This document shows positions 27,229 to 36,339 of a stretch of DNA of 64,000 nt, one piece after another. Source of the stretch: Vulcanimicrobiota bacterium. Lineage in GTDB: Bacteria; Vulcanimicrobiota; Vulcanimicrobiia; Vulcanimicrobiales; Vulcanimicrobiaceae. Position numbers and translations under genes: made by a program. Positions within the stretch are counted from its first letter, which is position 1; the number at the start of each line of letters is the position of its first letter. The notes beneath the pieces are model-generated. The model was given only the letters and a program-made list of their open reading frames with translations. It had not been told where the DNA came from and did no database searches. Location of the stretch: positions 2,669,702 through 2,733,701 of the forward strand of contig OY969579.1 of the NCBI GenBank assembly GCA_963701255.1. Direction: 5' to 3'.

Positions 27229-28509
27229 ATGGCTTCAGGAATCAGTATCGCGAACAATCTGCTCGCGAACTCCGTCTCACTCAACCTCGATAGAAACCAG
27301 TCGGCCCTGCAGACTGCCGTAACGCGGCTTTCGAGCGGCCTTCGCATCAACACCGCCGCCGACGATCCGTCGGGTCTCGCGATCTCCCAGACCCTGCAAG
27401 CGCAGGTCAACGGGTTCGATCAAGCGACTCAAAACGTCCAGAACGCGAACAACGCGGCTGCCGTCGCGGACGGCGCGCTCGCGACGACCACCGACATCCT
27501 GCAACGCATCCGCTCGCTCGCGGTCGAAGCGTCGTCCGACATCACGTCGAACAACGACAAGACCAACCTGCAGGCGGAAGTCTCGCAGTTGCTCCTCGAA
27601 GTCAACCGCGTTGCGCAAAACACGCAGTTCAACGGCTTGGCGTTGCTCGACGGTTCGCATTCGGGCTTCCAAGCGGAGCAGACCGCTTTCCTCAACGTCA
27701 CCTCGAACGCCGCTCTCGCCACCAACGGCGGCCTGGCAGTCGGTGCGACGAACCCGGGCTTGCTCGTTGCGTCCGCAGTTGCGGGCAGCGCGAGCTTCAA
27801 CACGACCGTCGGCGGCGCGCAAGGCTTCGCAGTCGGTAACACCGGTACGCTCGACGGCACGATCGAACTTCAGGTCATCAACACCGGAACGTCGATCGCG
27901 GTCCAAGAGACGTTCTTCTCCAGCTCCAGCACCGTGACCCCGGTTTCGGTTTCCGCGTCCCTGCTGGCCAACAACACGACCGCGACGACCTTCGACAACG
28001 TCTCGATCACGCTTGGTACCTTCACGACGGCCGATGTCGGCGTGACCTCGTACATCAAGATCAGCCAAAACGTCGCCGCCACCTCGAACGCCAACGATCC
28101 GGCGTTCAACTTCCAGTCCGGTGCCGATGAAGGCTCGACGATTCAAGTCGGCTTCGCGGCCAGCAACACGCAGACGCTGCGTATCTCGAACATCAACCTG
28201 TTGCTCTCGACCGCTTCGTCCCCGTCGCTCGGCGCGGAAGACGCAATCGGTCAGATCGACAACGCGCTGCAAACGCTGCTCACCCAGCGTGCGACCCTCG
28301 GTGCCGTCATGGTCCGTCTCAACGAAGACGCGGACAACGACAACACCGCGGCCGTGAACTTGCAAGCATCGGAATCCTCGATCGCCGACCTCAACGTCGG
28401 TCAGGAGACGACGCAGTTCACCCGGCTCCAGATCCTGGTCCAGGTGGGTACGTCGGTTCTGTCGCAATCGAACTCGAACGCGCAGACGGTTCTGGGTCTC
28501 TTCCGCTAA
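27229..28509 (+). CDS. fliC: flagellin
   Basis: N-terminal LSSGLRINTAADDPSGLAIS and C-terminal QRATLGAVMVRL...TQFTRLQILVQVGTSVLSQSN..AQTVLGLFR. 426 aa with an S/T-rich central domain. Confidence 0.95.
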   Translation: MASGISIANNLLANSVSLNLDRNQSALQTAVTRLSSGLRINTAADDPSGLAISQTLQAQVNGFDQATQNVQNANNAAAVADGALATTTDILQRIRSLAVEASSDITSNNDKTNLQAEVSQLLLEVNRVAQNTQFNGLALLDGSHSGFQAEQTAFLNVTSNAALATNGGLAVGATNPGLLVASAVAGSASFNTTVGGAQGFAVGNTGTLDGTIELQVINTGTSIAVQETFFSSSSTVTPVSVSASLLANNTTATTFDNVSITLGTFTTADVGVTSYIKISQNVAATSNANDPAFNFQSGADEGSTIQVGFAASNTQTLRISNINLLLSTASSPSLGAEDAIGQIDNALQTLLTQRATLGAVMVRLNEDADNDNTAAVNLQASESSIADLNVGQETTQFTRLQILVQVGTSVLSQSNSNAQTVLGLFR

Positions 28510-28530
28510 TCGCGGTAAGCAACCAAGGAA

Positions 28531-28563
28531 GAAGGCCCGCTTCGGCGGGCCTTCTTTCTTTTT
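28531..28563 (+). terminator. rho-independent terminator after flagellin
   Basis: 10-bp stem GAAGGCCCGC / GCGGGCCTTC with a TTCG tetraloop and a TTTCTTTTT tail, 22 nt after the fliC stop. Confidence 0.9.
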
Positions 28564-28586
28564 GCCCGGAAGCCGATACGTCAGAC

Positions 28587-30719
28587 ATGCCCATTCGCGT
28601 CATCTCGCGGCGTCGCGCCGCACCGCAAGCCGTTCCTTCGCGCCAACCGCAGCCCAGCGCTCCCTTGCCGTTCAACTTGCCGGCCCCGCCCGCCGGCGCG
28701 CCTCAACTCCGGCCCGGCGTAAGTCTGTGCATGATCGTGAAGAACGAAGAGCGCTTTCTGCGCGCGTGTCTGGAGAGCGTGCGCGACGCGGTCGACGAGA
28801 TCTGCATCGTCGACACGGGCTCGACCGACGGCACGCGTGCAATCGCGGAGGCCTTCGGCGCGCGGATCGTCGAGCGCCCCTGGCGCAGTGATTTCGCCTG
28901 GGCGCGAAACGAGGCGCTCTCGCTCGCGACGCGGCGCTGGATACTCGTGCTCGACGCCGACGAGACCCTGCGTCCCGAGTCGGTCACGGCGCTGCGAACG
29001 CTCGCGTCGACCCCGGCTGCGAGCGCCGGACTCTGGGTGCGCTGCTTCAACCACGTCGACGATTACAAAGGCACGGGCGCGAGTTCTCACGCGATCGCGC
29101 GCGTGTTCCCGAACGACCCGCGGATTCGGTACCGCAGCCCGATCCACGAGTTCATCACGATCGACGGACTCGATACCGGAATCGAGGCCCGGCACGCCCC
29201 GCTGGCCATCGATCACTACGGCTATCTGAGCGCCATCGTCAAAGAGCGCGGCAAAGCGGAACGAAATGTCGCGATCATCAACGCGGCGATCGAGAGCGAA
29301 CCGGGCAATCCGTTTCACTGGTACAACCTGGGCACGACCGCGCTGATCGAGAAGCGGGGTGAGACGGGCATCATGGCGCTCGAGAAAATGTACGAGCTAG
29401 TCGGCGAAGAGGCGCGCGGCTACGTGCCGAGTGCGCTCTCGTTCCTGGCCGATGCGTACATCGAAAGCCGGGGCGACAGCGAGGGCGCGCTGCGTTATCT
29501 CGAAGAGAGCCTGAAGCGCTCGCCGCGGTTTGCCAACGCGCACTTCGTCAAAGGCAAGGCACTTGCCCACGCGGGCCGGTATGAAGAAGCCATCGCCGCC
29601 TATGAGGAGTCGATCGCCGACGCGCCGTTCAATCGCGCGCAGTTCCTGGTCGATGACGAAATCAGTATTTGGAAGGCGCACTCGGAGATCGGTTCGGCCT
29701 ACGGCCGGATGGGCGACAAGGCGCGCGCGCTCGAATGGTTCGAAAAAGCGCTCGCGAACCGGCCGGGCGTCGCACCGGTGATGTCAAACCGTGCCCGCGC
29801 GCTCGAATCGCTCGGGCGCTTCGACGAAGCCGTTGCGCAATTCCGAACGAACTGGGAAACGTTCGGCGACGACTCCAGCTCGACCGAGTACGTGAATATT
29901 CTCCTGCGCGGCAATCGCTATGACGACGCTCTGGCCGTGGTCGACGAGGCGGTAGAGCGCGTTTCACCGCGCCACGCGGCGCTCTTGCTGATGACCGCTG
30001 CAGCGATCGCGGATCGCGCCGGTCAACCGGCGCGCGCGAACGCCTACGCGCTGACGGCGCTCGAGCGGGCACCGGGTGCGGCACCCGTGCTGGACGCGGC
30101 CGAGACCTATTTCCGGTCGCGTGGCGACGACGCCGCCATCGCCGCGCTCCGCGCTGCGGAACTGAACGCGCCGCTGGAGCTGCTCGAGGACTTCGCCCGG
30201 CGCTCGTCGCGCCACCTCAACGACGGCCGGTACGCCGAGGCCCTGGCGATCGCGGCCGCCGGCCGCAGCCGCTTCGGAGACGACTCGCGCCTGCTCTATG
30301 ACGCGGCGGCGGCGACCGTCGCCATGGGCGACCGAGCCCAAGCGTTGGCGCTCCTCGAACTGGTGGACGCGAGCGACTCCGGGGTGCTCGGGCGCGCCCG
30401 GTTCCTGCGGGCGGTCATCTGCGGCGATCTCGGGCGATACGATGAAGCCCTGACCGCCATCGATCTCGTGCTGGACGGGAATCCGCACCAAGTCGATGCC
30501 GTGTTAGCAAAAGGTAAATTTTTGCTCGCAGCCGGTCGCAATGCCGCGGCCGAGGCGGCCCTCCGCTCGGCGTTCGAGGTGACGCGCGATGGCCGGATTG
30601 CGGTCGATTTGGCCTCGTTGCTGCTCTCGGCCGGCCGGCTGGCCGAGGCCCAGACGGTCGCCGAAGCGGCGCTGGCTCCGGGCGCGGAGGCTCAAGTCGG
30701 GGTTCCGTTAGGCCGATAA
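28587..30719 (+). CDS. GT2 glycosyltransferase fused to C-terminal TPR repeats
   Basis: The GT-A core is LCMIVKNEERFL..CLESV...VDEICIVDTGSTDGT...WILVLDADE, followed by about 450 aa of TPR-like repeats. The first 45 aa are Pro-rich, so the start is uncertain (Met49 = 28731 is possible). Confidence 0.85.
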   Translation: MPIRVISRRRAAPQAVPSRQPQPSAPLPFNLPAPPAGAPQLRPGVSLCMIVKNEERFLRACLESVRDAVDEICIVDTGSTDGTRAIAEAFGARIVERPWRSDFAWARNEALSLATRRWILVLDADETLRPESVTALRTLASTPAASAGLWVRCFNHVDDYKGTGASSHAIARVFPNDPRIRYRSPIHEFITIDGLDTGIEARHAPLAIDHYGYLSAIVKERGKAERNVAIINAAIESEPGNPFHWYNLGTTALIEKRGETGIMALEKMYELVGEEARGYVPSALSFLADAYIESRGDSEGALRYLEESLKRSPRFANAHFVKGKALAHAGRYEEAIAAYEESIADAPFNRAQFLVDDEISIWKAHSEIGSAYGRMGDKARALEWFEKALANRPGVAPVMSNRARALESLGRFDEAVAQFRTNWETFGDDSSSTEYVNILLRGNRYDDALAVVDEAVERVSPRHAALLLMTAAAIADRAGQPARANAYALTALERAPGAAPVLDAAETYFRSRGDDAAIAALRAAELNAPLELLEDFARRSSRHLNDGRYAEALAIAAAGRSRFGDDSRLLYDAAAATVAMGDRAQALALLELVDASDSGVLGRARFLRAVICGDLGRYDEALTAIDLVLDGNPHQVDAVLAKGKFLLAAGRNAAAEAALRSAFEVTRDGRIAVDLASLLLSAGRLAEAQTVAEAALAPGAEAQVGVPLGR

Positions 30720-30748
30720 ATTGTAAAGCAAGGGAGGCGCAAACAAAC

Positions 30749-31132
30749 ATGGACGTGGCACTTTCGCAGACCGCTCCGAGCGGTTCAACGACGGATCCGG
30801 GCTCAGCCCAATATACGGCACCGGCGAGCACCCTCGCAGCGTCGTCGGCGAGTCCGGCTGCGCAGCCGGCGAGCACGCCGTCGAGCGACGCCAAAGGCCA
30901 ACTGCCGGCGGGACCGCTGCAGCCGTTTACCGGCGCCGTGTTGACCGTATTCGCCGGTCAGAATGTCGAAGTTTGTTTCCGGGTTGCCCACGATCCGAAC
31001 GAGATCGTGATCGTCTACCGCAACGCACAGACCGGCGAAATCATCAACCAGGTGCCGTCCGAATCGATTCTGCGCCTTGCCGAGTTCTTCCAGAGCCAAG
31101 CCATCGGCGCGCTCTTGGACAAAGGAGCATAA
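30749..31132 (+). CDS. flaG: FlaG family flagellar protein
   Basis: 127 aa. The C-terminal VCFRVAHDPNEIVIVYRNAQTGEIINQVPSESILRLAEF matches the FlaG pattern, and it lies upstream of fliD. Confidence 0.8.
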   Translation: MDVALSQTAPSGSTTDPGSAQYTAPASTLAASSASPAAQPASTPSSDAKGQLPAGPLQPFTGAVLTVFAGQNVEVCFRVAHDPNEIVIVYRNAQTGEIINQVPSESILRLAEFFQSQAIGALLDKGA

Positions 31133-31133
31133 C

Positions 31134-33212
31134 TTGTCCGGTTTGAGTTCGGCCACCACTTCCACGGGTGCCAGTTCCGCCTCGAGTACCGCCCTCCCAG
31201 GCAACAATACCGCGCCGATCTCGTTCCCGGGCATCGCCTCGGGGATCGACTACAACTCGATCATCCAGAAGTTGACGAGTCTGACGCTCTTGCCCGCCCA
31301 ACAGGCGCAGACGCAGATCACCTCGCTCAATGCAAAAAACTCGGAAATGATCAAGGTCAGCAGCTATCTGAGCAGCGTGCAAAACACGCTCTCAGCGCTC
31401 TCCGATCCGGCGACCTTCGAGGCATTTGCCGCCACGTCGAGCAACTCGTCGGTGTTGACCGGTACGACCGATACGAACTCGGCCGGTGCTGCCGGCACGT
31501 ACATCATCGACGGGACGCAACTTGCGACGGCGACCGCCGTGACGGGTGCCGTGAGTTCGGCGGTCGGACACAGCCTTGCCGACGTCGTTCCCGGTACGGG
31601 CGGCAAGACCGGCGACCAAGTCCCGCTGGTCGCTTCGTTTACGGCGATCGGGCCGACCAACGGGAGCGGCACGACACAAGGGACGATCACGGTCGACGGC
31701 GTGCAAGTCGCCTACAACGTCAGCTCGCAATCGCTCCAGACGATCCTCTCGAATATCACCGCGGCCGTCGCCTCCGTCGACCCGGGATTCAGCGCATCGT
31801 TCAATGCTGCAACCGACGTGGTCACGTTCGCCAGTATCGACGCGCCGATCTCGGTCGGCTCGCAATCCGACACCGGCAATTTGGCGCAAGTCCTCAAACT
31901 CGACGTTGCCCAAGTCACTAATACGCCGGTGAGCGGAACGGTGACCAGTGCCGGCCCCATCGGCGGCCTCAGCCTATCGGCTGATTTCTCCAGTACGAAC
32001 GGCGCGAACCTCATAACGCCGGTCAGCGGCGGCTCCGGTTCGTTCTTCACGATCAACGGCGTGAAGATCACGATCGATCCGACCTCGCAGAACCTTCAAG
32101 ACGTGATCAAGGCGATCAACCAGTCCAGCGCCGGCGTCGTCGCGAGCTACAATGGGATTACCAATCAAGTCACGTTGACGAACACCGCGACCGGCCCGCA
32201 GTCGATCGTGATCGGCTCTGCGAGCGACACGAGCAACTTCCTCAAGGCCGTGGGTTTGGAGGGCGCTGGAGCGACCACCACGATCGGCCAACAGGCGTAC
32301 GTGAAGGTTCAACAGCCCAACGGAACGGATCAAACATACTATTCGAGTTCGGATAATATCGCGAATGCCGTCCCCGGTATCACGCTCACCATCTCCGGTA
32401 ATTCGCCGACCGGAACGCAGACGACGCTCACCGTGTCGCAAGATCCGCAACCCGCGCTCAATGCCATCAATGCTTTCGTATCGGCCTACAACGCGGCGAT
32501 CAACGAGATCAACACCGCGTCGGCTCCGCCGGTCGTGCAGCAGACGAGTGTCAATACGACTTCATCGGCGGTGACCGCTACCAGTTCCAAGCTCGCCAGT
32601 GGCGGTCCGCTCTACAACGACCTCGTCGTCGAAGAGATGAAGAACCAACTGATCAGCTTGGTCTCCAACATCGTTCCGACGGGAAGCTCGTCGTACAACT
32701 CGCTCTCCTCGATCGGCCTGTCGCTCGATTCGACCCACAGCGTTCTGGCCGCGTCGGGGTCGACGAACAGCGCGACGTCATCGAGCGATTCGAGCGACAC
32801 CTCGAGCAGCGGTCCGATCGCGCTGCAGACCCAAGACGGAACATCCGGTTCGCTCCAAGCGCTCGACGTAGCCAAGTTTACCGCGGCGTTCGCCGCGAAT
32901 CCGACTGCCGTGTCTTCGCTCTTCAATTCCGCCGGCGGCCTCGTGTATCAGCTCGGCTCGTACCTGACGAGCACGACCGGACTGCCGACGCAATCGACGA
33001 CCGGACTGATCGGGTCGATACCACCAATCTCGCTGATTCAGACCGACGAGAACCAGGTCTCGACCCAGATCACGTCGCTTCAAGACTACATCACGACGAT
33101 CGACAACGAAGCAAACATGCAAGCCGATCTCTTACGCGCACAGTATACGGCAAGCGAGACGCTGATCGCCGGATACCAGTCGCTCCAAACCTATGTCTCG
33201 CAGTTGAGCTAA
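31134..33212 (+). CDS. fliD: flagellar filament cap protein FliD (long, 692 aa)
   Basis: TTG 31134 (residue 20 of track ORF 31077), 6 nt after AAAGGAG. Segments GIASGIDYNSIIQKL and C-terminal YTASETLIAGYQSLQTYVSQL are present, with long S/T-rich inserts. Confidence 0.9.
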   Translation: MSGLSSATTSTGASSASSTALPGNNTAPISFPGIASGIDYNSIIQKLTSLTLLPAQQAQTQITSLNAKNSEMIKVSSYLSSVQNTLSALSDPATFEAFAATSSNSSVLTGTTDTNSAGAAGTYIIDGTQLATATAVTGAVSSAVGHSLADVVPGTGGKTGDQVPLVASFTAIGPTNGSGTTQGTITVDGVQVAYNVSSQSLQTILSNITAAVASVDPGFSASFNAATDVVTFASIDAPISVGSQSDTGNLAQVLKLDVAQVTNTPVSGTVTSAGPIGGLSLSADFSSTNGANLITPVSGGSGSFFTINGVKITIDPTSQNLQDVIKAINQSSAGVVASYNGITNQVTLTNTATGPQSIVIGSASDTSNFLKAVGLEGAGATTTIGQQAYVKVQQPNGTDQTYYSSSDNIANAVPGITLTISGNSPTGTQTTLTVSQDPQPALNAINAFVSAYNAAINEINTASAPPVVQQTSVNTTSSAVTATSSKLASGGPLYNDLVVEEMKNQLISLVSNIVPTGSSSYNSLSSIGLSLDSTHSVLAASGSTNSATSSSDSSDTSSSGPIALQTQDGTSGSLQALDVAKFTAAFAANPTAVSSLFNSAGGLVYQLGSYLTSTTGLPTQSTTGLIGSIPPISLIQTDENQVSTQITSLQDYITTIDNEANMQADLLRAQYTASETLIAGYQSLQTYVSQLS

Positions 33213-33236
33213 AGCCCGAAACGTCTAGGGGAATCT

Positions 33237-33677
33237 GTGTCCACTTCGGCTGACTTCAAATATCTCGAAACCAAGATCATGACGGCGTCGAAGGAAGAGC
33301 TTACCCTCATCACCTTTGACTTCTTGATCCTCTCCGCGACCAAGGCGCTCGACAAGCTGCACAACGCGCCGCGCGATATCCAGGGGATCCACGATGAATT
33401 GCGGCGCGCGCAGCGCGCGATCGCGGTCCTCATGGGATCGCTGAACTTCGAGATCGGAGGAGAGCTCGCGCTCAACCTCTTCCGCGTCTACGAGTTCTGG
33501 CATCGCCAACTGGTGCTCGCGAATCTGCAAAAGGATTCCGAGCGCGTCGAACGGCTGCTCCCGTTCTTCAAAGAGTACCGCTATACATGGGCCGAAGCGC
33601 AGCGCTGCTTCCGGGCCGAACAGGTAAGCTCGGGGCAATCCGCCACGGCGAGCGGTTCGTTCGTCGCCGTCGGCTGA
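33237..33677 (+). CDS. fliS: flagellin-specific chaperone FliS
   Basis: GTG start. Segments TASKEELTLITFDFLI, I..L...LNFE.GGELA.NLF.VYEF are FliS four-helix signatures. Confidence 0.88.
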   Translation: MSTSADFKYLETKIMTASKEELTLITFDFLILSATKALDKLHNAPRDIQGIHDELRRAQRAIAVLMGSLNFEIGGELALNLFRVYEFWHRQLVLANLQKDSERVERLLPFFKEYRYTWAEAQRCFRAEQVSSGQSATASGSFVAVG

Positions 33678-33678
33678 G

Positions 33679-34050
33679 ATGGATCCCGCGCGCGAGATCG
33701 TCTTGCTCGTCAACGAACTGGAGCGGCTGCTGGTCGCGGCGGAGGACATCCTGGTCGAACGCGACTGGCCGGCCCTCGAACGCTCGGTGGCCGATCAACG
33801 GCGCGTGATGCACGCGCTCGAGAAGGCGATCTCGGCCACCGATGGTTCGCGGCCGGACGCATTCGACAACGAGTTGCGCATGCGGATCACCCGCAGCGAC
33901 CAGCGGCGTGCCGACCAGCTACGCCGGCTCGAGGCCTTCCGCGACGCGCTCGCCTCACGCCTGGGTGTGATGGCGCGGGCCAAAGCGATGCGCCGTGCCG
34001 CTCGGCCGATCGGCGGACCGGTCCCCGCGCTCATCAACTCGCTGCGCTAG
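33679..34050 (+). CDS. FliT/FlgN-like helical protein (hypothetical flagellar chaperone)
   Basis: 123-aa all-helical, charged ORF 1 nt after fliS. The assignment is positional only. Confidence 0.45.
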   Translation: MDPAREIVLLVNELERLLVAAEDILVERDWPALERSVADQRRVMHALEKAISATDGSRPDAFDNELRMRITRSDQRRADQLRRLEAFRDALASRLGVMARAKAMRRAARPIGGPVPALINSLR

Positions 34051-34060
34051 CGATCGCGCT

Positions 34061-34831
34061 TTAGTCGACGATCACGTAATCGAGCACGGCTCGCTCGTGG
34101 CGCTCGTGCGCGCGCGGTCCGTTTTCGTCGAACGGCACGAGCGCGTAGCGCGGACCGGGCTGCGCGACCAACATCCGTTCGTGGGCGGTCTCGGCGGGCG
34201 ATTCCCAGCGCACGGGCTCGACGACGCCGCGGTCGCGGTCGAAGTGCCCGCACCGTACCCCCGCGTGCAGCGCGACGCCGAATCCGGCCCGCCGGATGCG
34301 CTCGCAGAAGAGATAGTCTTCGTTACAGACGCGAACGCGAGCGGCACCCTCTTCGATATAGATTTGGGTCGCGAAGTAGGGGCGAGCGAGCGCCCGCAGA
34401 ACTGAGGTCCGCAGCAGAACGCAGCCAAACCCGACGGCATCGACCGGAACGATGCGATCGGTGAAGCCGGGGACGCTTCCCCCCGTCGTGTCGGCGGAGG
34501 ACCAGCGGGACGCGGCCATCGGCCGGATCCCGTCGCGCGAGTAGTAGAGCGCGCCGACGACGGCGAGCGACGGATCGAGCACCAGGGCGTCGCAAAGCGT
34601 CGTGAGTGCGTCCGGCGCAAAGGTCATATCGTCGTCGATCATCGCCAGGAAATCTGCTTGCACCGCGAGCGCCCGGCGCACGGCGAGTTCGCGCTGGGCC
34701 GGGATGAAGTTTCCGCTGACGACGTAACGGTCGAAGTCGGTGACCTCGGGCGGAAGCGTCAGCTTCGCGAGCGCGCTCAAGAACGGCTGCGTCGGCCGGC
34801 CGCCGTTGGGGAGCGCGAGCAAGAGCTTCAA
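34061..34831 (-). CDS. GT2-like glycosyltransferase (256 aa)
   Basis: TTG start in TTGA overlap with the upstream gene. Segments FLAMIDDDMTF (DxD), GFGCVLLR and EDYLFCERIRRAGF are typical of GT-A family 2. Confidence 0.75.
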   Translation of the reverse strand: MKLLLALPNGGRPTQPFLSALAKLTLPPEVTDFDRYVVSGNFIPAQRELAVRRALAVQADFLAMIDDDMTFAPDALTTLCDALVLDPSLAVVGALYYSRDGIRPMAASRWSSADTTGGSVPGFTDRIVPVDAVGFGCVLLRTSVLRALARPYFATQIYIEEGAARVRVCNEDYLFCERIRRAGFGVALHAGVRCGHFDRDRGVVEPVRWESPAETAHERMLVAQPGPRYALVPFDENGPRAHERHERAVLDYVIVD

Positions 34832-36339
34832 CCGAGTGCTCCCTCGAGGGCGGCGAGCACGGCCTTGGCCGCCGTGTCGAGTTCGGGATCGCTCTCGCGA
34901 AAGAGCGACACACTGCGCGCCAGCTTCGCGCGCAAGAAGATGCGGCTGATCGCAGCACCCGCTTGCGCGGCGTACGACGCGAGGGCGGCGGCGAGCTGCC
35001 CGCGCGCCTCCGCATCCGCCAGCGCCGCATCGCCCGGGGCCAGCCCGACGAAGAACTGCGCCGCACGCAAGAACGGGTGCGCGGATTCGTTGGCGAGCGT
35101 CCGGCCGATGAAGGCGATCTCGGCGGGCCGGAAGGCGCGCACGAGCGTCACCGCGCCGGCCGGGGCCGGCGTCAACTCGAACCGTCCGCTGCGCTCGGGG
35201 ATCTCCGGGGGGAACGGCGGCAGCGCGGCCGCGACGTTTTCCGGGATGATGGTCTTGCCGAGCCGGGAGGTGATCAGGGCTTTGGAGAGCAGCCGCTCTT
35301 GGGCGGCCAGAAAGGCCCCGATCGCGGCGGCATCGCCCTGGGCGTCGAGCGGATCGCGGGTGGCCAGGGCGTTGAGGACGAGATAGTGGGCGATCATCCC
35401 CGAGCGGCGTTCGCCGGTGAACAGCGCAGCGAGCGAGCCGTGGCGCTTGCGGTCGAGCGTGACCTGCAAGACGAACCCGCCGTGCGCCGTGCCCACCGGG
35501 CCCCGCGGGGCCGGCTCGGGCTCAGGCTCGGCTTGCGGAGCCGGTTGGAGCGCCGCGCGGATGGGCGGCGCCGGGAGCGCGGTCGTGCGGGGCGGCGCCG
35601 GCGGCAGCGTCAGCGGCGGGGGTGGTGCCGGCGGCGGTGGCGCCGGTGCAGGCGGCAGCACCGGTTCGTAGTGCTCGGCCGCCTGCGCGAAGGCTGGACC
35701 GGTGCCGGGCACTTCAGCCGGCGGCTCGAGCGCTTCTTCCTCGGTGTCGAGTTCGTAGAACGGGCGCTCCGGCTGGGCGAAGGCTTCCAGCGAGCGTTTG
35801 GCGCCCCGGGTGAGGCGCAGCGCGCGCGGACCGGCGATCCCGGCCCCGGCGTCCGCCTGCAGATAGGGGGCCAGCGTGATATCGTCGAGCCCGAGGTCGA
35901 CCGCGAAGCGCAAGACGACCGTCCGCCGTTCGCCGGGTCCCAACGCGGCCAGCGGCACACCCGCCTCGAGCAGCGCTTCGGCCACCTCGTCGTCGCGCTC
36001 CGCGTCGTTGATGCGCAGCGAGCCGGACGCTAGGCGCAAGCCTCGTGGGAGCGGGAGGATCGCCCGGAGGCCCGCCACGGGCTCGGTGCCGTCGTTCATG
36101 ATCGCCAGGCTCACGGTGACGACGGCACCGGGAATCAGACCGCTGCGCGGTTGCGCATCGAGCGTCGCCGTGAGCAGCGGGCCGCGCTCAACCGGGGTCT
36201 CCTCGATCGGCGCACCATGCGGCAGGTCCACGCTCGCCTGGCGCTGCCAGCCGAACCGCGGCGCCGGGGCGCCGATGCGCACGCGCTGCAAGTCCACCAG
36301 GCGCATATCGGCGCTCCGCTCGAAACGGTCGTCGTTCAT
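34828..36339 (-). CDS. hypothetical protein: DUF11/CARDB-like Ig-fold N-domain, proline-rich linker, helical C-domain
   Basis: 503 aa with no signal peptide. VVTVSLAIMNDGTEPVAGLRAILPLPRGL..RRTVVLRF resembles a conserved-repeat Ig fold. The linker is PPAPAPPPPAPPPPLTLPPAPP. ATGA coupling to the ATPase gene. Confidence 0.6.
   Translation of the reverse strand: MNDDRFERSADMRLVDLQRVRIGAPAPRFGWQRQASVDLPHGAPIEETPVERGPLLTATLDAQPRSGLIPGAVVTVSLAIMNDGTEPVAGLRAILPLPRGLRLASGSLRINDAERDDEVAEALLEAGVPLAALGPGERRTVVLRFAVDLGLDDITLAPYLQADAGAGIAGPRALRLTRGAKRSLEAFAQPERPFYELDTEEEALEPPAEVPGTGPAFAQAAEHYEPVLPPAPAPPPPAPPPPLTLPPAPPRTTALPAPPIRAALQPAPQAEPEPEPAPRGPVGTAHGGFVLQVTLDRKRHGSLAALFTGERRSGMIAHYLVLNALATRDPLDAQGDAAAIGAFLAAQERLLSKALITSRLGKTIIPENVAAALPPFPPEIPERSGRFELTPAPAGAVTLVRAFRPAEIAFIGRTLANESAHPFLRAAQFFVGLAPGDAALADAEARGQLAAALASYAAQAGAAISRIFLRAKLARSVSLFRESDPELDTAAKAVLAALEGALG

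Noticed and set aside
27277-28467. 396-aa minus-strand ORF
   Set aside because: It is exactly antisense to the flagellin gene and consists of Arg/Asp/Gly/Val-rich repeats mirroring flagellin codons.
33210-33236. A fourth CTAAAG box at the fliD stop (GAGCTAAAGCCCGAAAC), as a possible sigma28 promoter for fliS
   Set aside because: There is no CCGA-type -10 at the proper 15-16 nt spacing (the octamer there is GGGAATCT), and only 24 nt remain before the fliS GTG. It is probably just the stop-codon context.
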